Origin: Dehalococcoidia bacterium
Lineage (GTDB): Bacteria > Chloroflexota > Dehalococcoidia > Bin125
Length of the DNA: 64,000 bases
Reading direction: 5' to 3'
Assembly: GCA_965203995.1 (NCBI GenBank)
Contig: OZ241962.1
Location: 300,453 to 364,452 of the forward strand
Each line of letters opens with the position of its first letter. The stretch's first letter is position 1. The notes under the pieces were generated by a model. It was not told the origin of the DNA. It ran no database searches and was given only the letters and a program-made list of their open reading frames with translations. The position numbers and the translations under genes were made by a program. Shown one piece after another: positions 34,759 through 42,375 of this stretch.

Positions 34759-35640
34759 CTAGACTCCGTCCGCCGTGATCTGGCAGCCGTGGTGCGTGTA
34801 CCCGGCGATCCCGGTGTCGTAGTCGGCGATCGAGCGCAGGGTCACCCCCGGCCACTCCGCCTCCTTGAACTGCGACATCTCCCAGTCCATCGAGCAGGCC
34901 CAGACCAGCGCATCGGTGCCGAACATCGAGCAGATGTAGTCGCCCGCGTCGTCCGCGGCCATGTAGCCGTCGACGAACACGGCCGTGCCCATCAGCGGGA
35001 TCTCCGACACGTGGAAGCGCCGGATCAGCCGCTCGGACACGCCCGACGGAATCCAGCTCGAATTCGTCCCGACGCCCGACGCGCCCAGGTCTTCCAGCAC
35101 GTGCTCGGCCACCACCGGCGACAGCACGGTCACGACGTCGCCGCGCGGCGGGCCGCCCTTGACCCGCTTGACCGTCTGCAGCGTGCGCCGCGCCTCGCGC
35201 AGCTTGGCCAGCGTCAGCTTCACCCCGGTCTCGCCGATGTCGTTGTCGGTGTGCCAGTTGGCGAACTCGCCGGTCAGGTCCGTGTCGATGTCCTGGCCCT
35301 GCGACAGCGCCATCTCGTCCGAGACCAGGCGCACCAGGTCTTCCTGCGAGTAGTTGATCGCCCGCACGTGGATCCGCACGTAGATCGCCCGGAAGGTGGG
35401 CGAAATCGTCGTGCTGGCCAGCGTGAAGCGCGAGGTCGTCGAGAGCTCCGCATTCTCCGCCGGCGTCTGCACGCTCGAGACGCTCGAGACGCGCGGAATC
35501 TGCGCGCTGGCCGAGCCCTTCGGCACGATCAGCTTGCGTGCCAGCGACAGCATCGGCGCCGACTGCGGCATCTGCGCAATCGTGCGCTCGACCATCTCCG
35601 TGTACGACCCGGAGATGTGGGTGGAAAGCGTGTCAGCCAT
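34759..35640 (-). CDS. phage major capsid protein (HK97-fold-like)
   Basis: 293 aa. It sits after a coiled-coil scaffold-like gene and has a composition and pattern typical of small major capsid proteins. The family is not verifiable without a search. Confidence 0.65.
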   Translation of the reverse strand: MADTLSTHISGSYTEMVERTIAQMPQSAPMLSLARKLIVPKGSASAQIPRVSSVSSVQTPAENAELSTTSRFTLASTTISPTFRAIYVRIHVRAINYSQEDLVRLVSDEMALSQGQDIDTDLTGEFANWHTDNDIGETGVKLTLAKLREARRTLQTVKRVKGGPPRGDVVTVLSPVVAEHVLEDLGASGVGTNSSWIPSGVSERLIRRFHVSEIPLMGTAVFVDGYMAADDAGDYICSMFGTDALVWACSMDWEMSQFKEAEWPGVTLRSIADYDTGIAGYTHHGCQITADGV

Positions 35641-35707
35641 GAGTGTTCCTTTCTCTGTCTGTGGTCATTCCCGCCCGCGCGGGAATCTCTGTGTCCGGGC
35701 GTGAACG

Positions 35708-36160
35708 TCACGCCTCCGGATGTGCGGCCAGCCACTGCGCGAACTGCGATCGCCGCTGCTGGCGCAGCGCCGGACTGTCCGCCGAGTGAATCAGGTCGGT
35801 CCATTCGCGAACGCTGCTCGGCTCAGCTGGCGGCGCGCCGCCATGCAGGCCCGAGGTCGGCCGCTGCTGCGCCGAGCGCACCTGCGACTCGAACTCGCGG
35901 GTCAACTCGGCGCGCACCCGCTGCTCGCGCTCGCGGGCCGCCCGTTCCGCGATCAGATCGCGCCACACGCCCGCCACCTCGCTCGGCTGCTCCGCCGAGG
36001 ACAGGCGCTCGCGCTCGTCCTCCGACCGTTCGCCGATCGCGGTCAGCATCGCCTCGCGCAGGGGACGCTCGCCGCTGCCGGTGCGTCCCTCGCCCTCAGG
36101 CGCGTCCGGGCGCTCGCCGGGCGGTCCGGCAACCTGGCCGCTGGGTTGGGTTGAGTCCAT
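35708..36160 (-). CDS. phage scaffolding-like protein
   Basis: 150 aa, highly charged with predicted coiled coil (…ERAAREREQRVRAELTREFESQVRSAQ…). Immediately upstream of the capsid gene. Confidence 0.5.
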   Translation of the reverse strand: MDSTQPSGQVAGPPGERPDAPEGEGRTGSGERPLREAMLTAIGERSEDERERLSSAEQPSEVAGVWRDLIAERAAREREQRVRAELTREFESQVRSAQQRPTSGLHGGAPPAEPSSVREWTDLIHSADSPALRQQRRSQFAQWLAAHPEA

Positions 36161-36300
36161 CGCATGCCTCCAAACAAACTGAGCGCCGACGGTCTGGTAC
36201 CGTTCGGCGCTCGGAGGCGCGCATCCATGTCAACGCTGATATCTCGAACATACGTTGGTTGCCGATCGATTTCAAGTGGCCCAATGTGGCCTGGACAACT

Positions 36301-36347
36301 CCCCTCTCCCCCCGTCCAGGGGGGAGATGCCGAAGGCAGAGGGGGCC
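36301..36347 (+). repeat. family-B palindromic repeat (intergenic, at the phage/metabolic junction)
   Basis: CCCCTCTCCCCCCGTCCAGGGGGGAGATGCCGAAGGCAGAGGGGGCC shares a 27-nt identical core with the copy at 49552-49597. Confidence 0.8.
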
Positions 36348-36393
36348 CGTTTGCTCGGACCGGCGCGAACAAGGCTGGGGCTATCCTGAGCCA

Positions 36394-38823
36394 ATGCTCA
36401 CCGACACCCGGATTCTGGACCTGACCGACGAGCCGCTCGCCTTCGGCGCGCGCCTGCTCGCCGATCTGGGCGCCGAAGTCGTCCGCGTCGAGGACGCGCG
36501 CGGCGACCGCTTGCGAATGCGCGAGCCGTCGCTGGACGGCGGCGCGCCCCGCGAGGAGCGCGGCTGGGCCCACCTGCTCTACAACGCCGGCAAGCGCTCC
36601 GTCTCGGTCGATCCCGACGACCCCGCCGTCTGGTCCCGGATCGAATCGCTGCTGCCGCAGTTCGACGCCCTGCTCGCGCCGCTGGAGCCCATGGGCGCGC
36701 TGGCCGACTGGCTCGAACGCGGACGCGCAGGCGATTGGTCGTCGCAGATTCCCGTCGTCGACGCCGTCTTCCGCCGCGGCGCTGACGAGCCGATGACCGA
36801 CCTCACCGCCATGGCCGCCGGCGGTCACGTCGTGCTCAACGGACATCCCCAGGACCCGCCCGTCTGGGCCGGCGGCAACCTCTCCCACAAGCAGGGCTCG
36901 CTCGCCATGGCCGAAGCCGCCATGGCCCTGATCTTCCAGCGCCGCCGAGGCGGCGCCTGCGGACGCATCACCGTCTCCATCCAGGAAGCCGTCGCCTTCA
37001 CCACCCTGCAGACCGCCAGCGGCAACTTCTGGACCTGGCACGGCATCTCCCCCGACCGCCACATTCCGATCGGCTCCGGCGCGACCTTCCAGGCCGGCGA
37101 CGGACACTGGCTCTCGTTCACGATCCATCCGCCCCACTGGCCCCGATTCGTCAACTGGGTCGACGAGGTGCTCGGCGCGCCCGAGCTGCGCGAACCCCAG
37201 TGGGACGACGAGTTCTACCGCGAGGCCCACAACGACGAGATCCGATCCTGGATCGAGCGCCTCTGCCGGGCGCTGACCGTCACCGAACTCCACGACCGCG
37301 GCCAGCAGCTCGGCCTGCTCGTCTTGCCCATCAACACGGTCGAGGAGGTCGCCCGAGACCCGCACCTCCACGCCCGCGGCTACTACCAGGACATCGAACA
37401 CCCTCACCTCGGCCAGACCCTCACTCTCCCCCGTCCCGCCGTCCGCACTCGAGGCGAACAGCCAAGCGCCGTCCGCGCCCCACTCCTCGGCGAACACAAC
37501 AGTGAATTGTCCGATGCCGCGATCCCTCTCTCCCCCCCCTCCGATCCCCTCTCCCTGAGGGAGAGGGTTAGGGTGAGGGCCCCTTCTGCCACCCTCTACA
37601 ACACTCAACCCCCGCCCCGGCGACCCCTCGATGGCGTCCGCGTGCTCGACTTCACCTGGGCCATCGCCGGCTCGCTCGGCACCCGCCTGCTCGCCGACCT
37701 CGGCGCAGAGGTGATCAAGATCGAATCCGAATCACGCATCGACCCGATCCGCTACCGCGGCGTCCAGCCGCCCGATCGCTTCTCGATCAACACCAACGGC
37801 ACCTTCAACGATTGCGCCGGCGGCAAGAAGTCGGTCACCCTCAATCTCAAGACCGAAGAAGGCATCGAAGCGATCCGCCAACTCGCCCGGCACGCCGACG
37901 TCGTCACCTCCAACTACACGCCCTACCGCCTCGACCGCTGGGGCATCGGCTACGACGACCTGCGCCAGATCCGCGACGACATCATCCTCTGCAACGTCGC
38001 CGTCATGGGCATCGAGGGACCGCGCGCCGAGTGGCGCTCCTACGGCAACGGCATCATCGCCATGTGCGGACTCGCCCACCGCTCCGGATTCCCCGACCGC
38101 GCTCCGATCGGCCTCGGAACCCTCCACTCCGACTTCACCGTGCCCTTCTACCTCGCCGCCTCCGTAATCGCCGCCCTCGACGACCGCGAGCGCACCGGCA
38201 ACGGACGCTACCTCGAGATCGCCCAGTACGAGACCGCCGTTCAACTGCTCGACACCGAGCTCGTCGAAGCACTCAACGGCGTCGCCGAGCGCCCACGCAT
38301 CGGCAACCGCTCCCCCTTCATGTCCCCGCACGGCGTCTTCCCCGCCATCGGCGACGACCGCTGGGTGGCGATCGCCTGCCGCGACGACGCCGACTGGCGC
38401 AGCCTCTGCCGCGTCATCGGCCGCGCCGACCTCGCCTCCCGCCGCGACCTCGCCGACCTCGCCGGCCGCCAGGCCCACGAGGACGAGTTGGAAGCCGTCA
38501 TTTCCGAGTGGACCCAAGCCCAGGACGAGTGGACCTCCTATCGCCTGCTGATCAACGCCGGCGTCCCCGTCAGCCCCGTCGAGCGGCTCGAAGACTTCTT
38601 CGCCGGCCAGGACCCCGCCATGCTCGACGCCTACCATCCCGCCGACTCTCCCGAGGGCTGCAGCTTCCAGATCATCCGCGAGCCCGTCCTCTGGGACGGC
38701 CAGCGCCTGCCCGCCGTCCGCGCCCCGATCTGGGGAGAACACACCGAGGATGTCCTCCAGGGCTTGCTCAACTACAGCGAAGACGACATGGTCCGCCTCG
38801 CCGCCGCCGGCACGCTGGGCTAG
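36394..38823 (+). CDS. tandem fusion of two family III CoA-transferase units joined through a family-A repeat
   Basis: Unit 1 starts MLTDTRILDLTDEPLAFGARLLADLGAEVVRVE… and runs to …APLLGEHNSEL. The linker IPLSPPSDPLSLRERVRVRAPSA is repeat-encoded. Unit 2 is …LDGVRVLDFTWAIAGSLGTRLLADLGAEVIKIE…GEHTEDVL…. The track ORF's first 535 codons (34789-36393) are antisense to phage genes and were discarded. Confidence 0.8.
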   Translation: MLTDTRILDLTDEPLAFGARLLADLGAEVVRVEDARGDRLRMREPSLDGGAPREERGWAHLLYNAGKRSVSVDPDDPAVWSRIESLLPQFDALLAPLEPMGALADWLERGRAGDWSSQIPVVDAVFRRGADEPMTDLTAMAAGGHVVLNGHPQDPPVWAGGNLSHKQGSLAMAEAAMALIFQRRRGGACGRITVSIQEAVAFTTLQTASGNFWTWHGISPDRHIPIGSGATFQAGDGHWLSFTIHPPHWPRFVNWVDEVLGAPELREPQWDDEFYREAHNDEIRSWIERLCRALTVTELHDRGQQLGLLVLPINTVEEVARDPHLHARGYYQDIEHPHLGQTLTLPRPAVRTRGEQPSAVRAPLLGEHNSELSDAAIPLSPPSDPLSLRERVRVRAPSATLYNTQPPPRRPLDGVRVLDFTWAIAGSLGTRLLADLGAEVIKIESESRIDPIRYRGVQPPDRFSINTNGTFNDCAGGKKSVTLNLKTEEGIEAIRQLARHADVVTSNYTPYRLDRWGIGYDDLRQIRDDIILCNVAVMGIEGPRAEWRSYGNGIIAMCGLAHRSGFPDRAPIGLGTLHSDFTVPFYLAASVIAALDDRERTGNGRYLEIAQYETAVQLLDTELVEALNGVAERPRIGNRSPFMSPHGVFPAIGDDRWVAIACRDDADWRSLCRVIGRADLASRRDLADLAGRQAHEDELEAVISEWTQAQDEWTSYRLLINAGVPVSPVERLEDFFAGQDPAMLDAYHPADSPEGCSFQIIREPVLWDGQRLPAVRAPIWGEHTEDVLQGLLNYSEDDMVRLAAAGTLG
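37541..37579 (+). repeat. family-A palindromic repeat inside the fused CoA-transferase ORF
   Basis: CCGATCCCCTCTCCCTGAGGGAGAGGGTTAGGGTGAGGG, preceded by a partial B-like arm (37520-37540). Confidence 0.85.
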
Positions 38824-40145
38824 GGAATCTCCGGGTCGTAGTCCATGCCGATGTGGCCCCGCTCGCGCAACCCGGCGAACTCCGCCTCCGAGTAGCCCAG
38901 CACCTCGCGGTACACGTACTCGTTGTCCTCGCCTAGCGCGACCGGCGGCTTGCGGATCCCCAGCGGCGTCTCCGAGAAGCGGATGAACGGCTTGTTGAAG
39001 CGGAACGCGCCCACGCCGTCGTAGAGCTCGTGCACTTCGTTCAGTTCCCGATGCTGCACGTGCGCGTCGTCGTAGATCCGCGACGAATCCAGCACCGGCG
39101 CAGCCGGCACCCCGTGCGACTGCAGCAGATGCATCAGCTCATAATCGTCCCGCGTCGAGGTCCACTCGCCGATCCGCGCGTCCAGTTCGTCATGACGCGC
39201 CAGCCGCCCCACGTTGTACCGCAACTCAGAGTCGCGCGCCCACTCCGGATCGCCCATCGCCTCGCGCAGACCGATCCACTGCTCGTCGTCCATCACCGAG
39301 ATCGAGATCCAGCGGTCGCCGCCGTCCGCCCCGTCGCCCTCCGAGCGGGCCGGGTAGAGGTTGTACGGCGCTCGACCGTCGACCGAGCGATTCCCCGTCC
39401 GCCCCTGCACGACCCCGTTGAAGGAGTAGTCCATGAACGCCTGCGCCAGCATCCCGCCCGCGCACTCCGCCTGGGCCAGCTCGATCAGTTGCCCCTCCCC
39501 AGTGCGCCGCCGATGCCGCAGCGCCGACATCACCGCGAACGCGCCGTGCGCCCCGGCGACGTAGTCGCCCGAGAAGATCGAAGTGATGTACGACGGATCG
39601 AGATCGGGATAGCCGCGCAACAGCGTATGACCCATCACCGACTCGAGGTGCACGCCCAGCGCCCGCGCGAACCGGTACGGCCCGTCCGAGCCGTAGGCCG
39701 GCATCCGCAGCATGACCAGGTCCTCGCGCGCCGCTCGCAGGAAGTCCGGTCCGATCCCGAGCTTCTCCAGCGTGCCCGTGGCGTTGTTCTCGACCAGCGC
39801 GTCCGACTTGGCCGCCAGCCGCGCGAAGATCTCCCGCCCCTCGTCCGAGAGCAGGTCGACCGTCATCGAGTGCTTGTTGCGGTACTGCTGCACGAAGGTC
39901 GGGCAATAGTTCCAGGGCCGCGGGCCCGGCTCCGAGTGCGGATAGCCTGTCGCCCAGCCGGCGCCCGCCTTGACCAGCTCCGGCGAGGGCCGCGCCTGAC
40001 CGCCGCGCGTCATCGGTTGCCAGACGTGCATGTTCTCGACCTTGATCACCTCCGCGCCCAGGTCGGCCAGCAGCGTCGTCGCAAACGTCCCCGCCCACAC
40101 CACGGTCAGGTCAATCACCCGAACACCCGAAAGCGGCAACGTCAT
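38820..40145 (-). CDS. family III CoA-transferase
   Basis: Start MTLPLSGVRVIDLTVVWAGTFATTLLADLGAEVIKVE at 40145. C-terminal …LGEDNEYVY…. Confidence 0.9.
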   Translation of the reverse strand: MTLPLSGVRVIDLTVVWAGTFATTLLADLGAEVIKVENMHVWQPMTRGGQARPSPELVKAGAGWATGYPHSEPGPRPWNYCPTFVQQYRNKHSMTVDLLSDEGREIFARLAAKSDALVENNATGTLEKLGIGPDFLRAAREDLVMLRMPAYGSDGPYRFARALGVHLESVMGHTLLRGYPDLDPSYITSIFSGDYVAGAHGAFAVMSALRHRRRTGEGQLIELAQAECAGGMLAQAFMDYSFNGVVQGRTGNRSVDGRAPYNLYPARSEGDGADGGDRWISISVMDDEQWIGLREAMGDPEWARDSELRYNVGRLARHDELDARIGEWTSTRDDYELMHLLQSHGVPAAPVLDSSRIYDDAHVQHRELNEVHELYDGVGAFRFNKPFIRFSETPLGIRKPPVALGEDNEYVYREVLGYSEAEFAGLRERGHIGMDYDPEIP

Positions 40146-40505
40146 GTGGGTGCTACTCACTCTTCTCGGTGGTGCGCTCTTGGTGGCCCTGTCGGTGGAA
40201 CAAGACTCCCCCGATGATGATGTGCGAGACGTACCTGGCAATCAGGTGACCGAACACACATTCCAGATAGTGTACACGGCCTACTTCCCGACCGTCCCGT
40301 TCGCGGATGCGAGTGAACCATGAAAAGCCGCCGAAGCAGCATTGCCGCCCAAGGCTACTTGTCCGCGCCTCGGTCGTCTCGTGCAGGTCCCCGGCCGACA
40401 GACGCTCGAACACCCGCTGTTCGGCGAACAAGTCTTGCAGCTCATATTCTGGAATGAGTACGCTCGAACCACGGCGACGCTGCGTTCCAACCAAGGAGCC
40501 CTCCA

Positions 40506-40790
40506 ATGCAATCCCCGAACCCGGTTCAGCGAGAACTGGCGGCGCTGCTCTTGTCGTACTTCCGCGGCGAGACTTCGATCTCCGAGTATCTCACCTGGGA
40601 AGTGGAATTCACCACGAGCGAGGACGCCACTCTGGATCAGACCCTGACCGGCGATGCTGCCCGCCTGTCCCTGTTGGGTCACGAGTACTTGATGGACGTG
40701 CGTCCGTTGGATGACTTCGATCAAGCGGCGCGGCTGCTGCTTGAGCAGTTGCAACCATCCCCGGCGCCATCTGAAGCCGCAGGCGGTTAG
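40506..40790 (+). CDS. hypothetical small acidic protein (low-GC islet)
   Basis: Strong RBS AAGGAG lies 8 nt upstream of the ATG. 94 aa with no recognisable motif. Confidence 0.5.
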   Translation: MQSPNPVQRELAALLLSYFRGETSISEYLTWEVEFTTSEDATLDQTLTGDAARLSLLGHEYLMDVRPLDDFDQAARLLLEQLQPSPAPSEAAGG

Positions 40791-40831
40791 ACGGCGAGTC
40801 GAAACGACGACCGGCAAGGCGCTCCAGGTCG

Positions 40832-42043
40832 TCACGCCGTTGCCCCCGACTCGCGCAGCGCGCCGATCTCTCCCGCCCCGAACCCGCACTCCGACAGGAC
40901 TTCGTCCGTGTGCTCGCCCAGCCTCGGCGGCGGACGGCGCAGCGACCAGGGCGAGGCCGGCATGATCAGCGGACGGCCGGGCAGCCTCACCTCGCCCAGC
41001 TCCTCGTGATCGACCGTCGACCAGAAGCCGCGATCGCTGAAGTGCGTGTCCTCGAACAGCTCGTCCACCGAGAACAGCGGACCGCAGAGCACCTTCGCCT
41101 CGCGCGCCGCTTCCCAGATCTCGCGCTTGCTGCGCTCCAGAGCCCAGGGCAGGAACATGCCGTTGAACTCGTCGACCAGGTCGGGAATCAGGTTCACGCC
41201 CGGCTGCCACCATTTCTCCTCCTGCAGCCAGTCGGGACGGCCCAACATCTCGTTCAGCCGCGGGATACGGAAGGCGGCGCCCGAGAACTCCACGTAGCCG
41301 TCGGCGCAGGGATAGACGCCCGAGAGCATGCCCGCCGCCGGACCCGGCGCGCGCAGCGATTGCCGCCCGGCGAACTCGTACCCGATCGTCGCTGCGTGAC
41401 GCCGGTCGACCCCGTTGAACTGCGCGTCGGCCATGGAGAAGTCCACGTGCTGCCCCTCGCCCCGCAACTCGGCCGCCGTCAGCGCCGCCATCGCCCCCGT
41501 CGCCGCCGCCGCACCGCACTCGACCAGCGAGGCCGTGCCGTACATCTTGACCGGCTCGCGATCCTGCACCCCGATCGAGTACATCTCGCCGGCGAAGCCG
41601 TAGAGCACGAGGTCCGAGATGCGGTAGTCGCGGTAGGGCGAGTCCTGACCGAACGGCGTGATCGAGACCATCGGCAGATCGCCGCGCAGCGACGACACCC
41701 GCTCCCAGCCGATGCCCAGCGCGTCCAATCGGCCCGCAGGCTGCGATTCGACCACGATGTCGGCGCGCTCGATCAGCCGCTCGATCACCGGCGATGCGTC
41801 CGGATGATCGAGGTCCAGCACCAGCGAGCGCTTGTTGGTATTGAAGTAGAAGAAGGTGCCCGAGCGCTCGGGACCGGGAGTGCCCTGGTACCAGGGTCCG
41901 ACCGCTCGCGACGGATCGCCCCCGGGCGGCTCGATCTTGATCACATCCGCGCCGAAGTCGGCAAACAGCTTGGTGCAATAGGGCCCCGCAATGTGCTCCG
42001 TCAGATCCAGCACCGTCACACCGTCGAGAGGCCCTGAAGTCAT
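40832..42043 (-). CDS. family III CoA-transferase
   Basis: Start MTSGPLDGVTVLDLTEHIAGPYCTKLFADFGADVIKIE at 42043. …LGEHTDEVL… The track ORF extends spuriously to 43414. Confidence 0.9.
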   Translation of the reverse strand: MTSGPLDGVTVLDLTEHIAGPYCTKLFADFGADVIKIEPPGGDPSRAVGPWYQGTPGPERSGTFFYFNTNKRSLVLDLDHPDASPVIERLIERADIVVESQPAGRLDALGIGWERVSSLRGDLPMVSITPFGQDSPYRDYRISDLVLYGFAGEMYSIGVQDREPVKMYGTASLVECGAAAATGAMAALTAAELRGEGQHVDFSMADAQFNGVDRRHAATIGYEFAGRQSLRAPGPAAGMLSGVYPCADGYVEFSGAAFRIPRLNEMLGRPDWLQEEKWWQPGVNLIPDLVDEFNGMFLPWALERSKREIWEAAREAKVLCGPLFSVDELFEDTHFSDRGFWSTVDHEELGEVRLPGRPLIMPASPWSLRRPPPRLGEHTDEVLSECGFGAGEIGALRESGATA

Positions 42044-42091
42044 GGCCCAGAGTCTACTTGCGACTGGTAGCGTTGAGCCGAGGAGACGCGC

Positions 42092-42349
42092 ATGACTACG
42101 AGAAGCGTCCGCGCCCGATTCCGCAACGGCGTCCTGGAGCCGATCGATCCCGTCAACCTCACTGAGGAGCAGGTAGTGCTCCTGACTTTTGACGACCAGA
42201 CGGCGCGTCGCACACCCGACACGAACGAGCTCTACAAGTCGGCCGGCGCCTGGGCCGGGCAGTTCGACGACCATGAACAGCTGATTCGAGACATCTACCA
42301 GGCCCGCATCGACGGCACCCCTCCATCGAGGCGACCCTGGCCCACATGA
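42092..42349 (+). CDS. DUF104/AF2212-like antitoxin family protein (no cognate toxin adjacent)
   Basis: N-terminus …RARFRNGVLEPIDPVNLTEEQVVLLTF… matches the DUF104 antitoxin signature. Confidence 0.65.
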   Translation: MTTRSVRARFRNGVLEPIDPVNLTEEQVVLLTFDDQTARRTPDTNELYKSAGAWAGQFDDHEQLIRDIYQARIDGTPPSRRPWPT

Positions 42350-42375
42350 GCCTCTGAGGCCGGCGGCATGGACGA

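Larger units (their letters stand above)
32688..36160 (-). mobile_element. prophage-derived head and lysis module (scaffold, capsid, two small genes, membrane protein, holin, endolysin); no tail genes
   Basis: Seven co-oriented, tightly packed or overlapping genes in phage late-gene order. Metabolic genes lie on both sides. Confidence 0.7.

Noticed and set aside
34759-35640. Encapsulin shell protein instead of a phage capsid
   Set aside because: There is no resemblance to family-1 encapsulin sequences as I recall them. The upstream gene is scaffold-like rather than a cargo enzyme. Terminase, holin and endolysin genes lie in the same strand series, which favours phage origin.
34789-36393. First 535 codons of the 1344-aa ORF 34789..38823
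   Set aside because: This part is antisense to the capsid and scaffold genes and translates to R/P/A-rich nonsense. The real gene begins at ATG 36394, where CoA-transferase motifs start.
40153-40506. 117-codon minus ORF as a confident CDS
   Set aside because: It has a TTG start with no convincing RBS and no motif, and it shares its first base with the divergent + ORF's ATG. I kept it only as a possibility within the low-GC islet finding.
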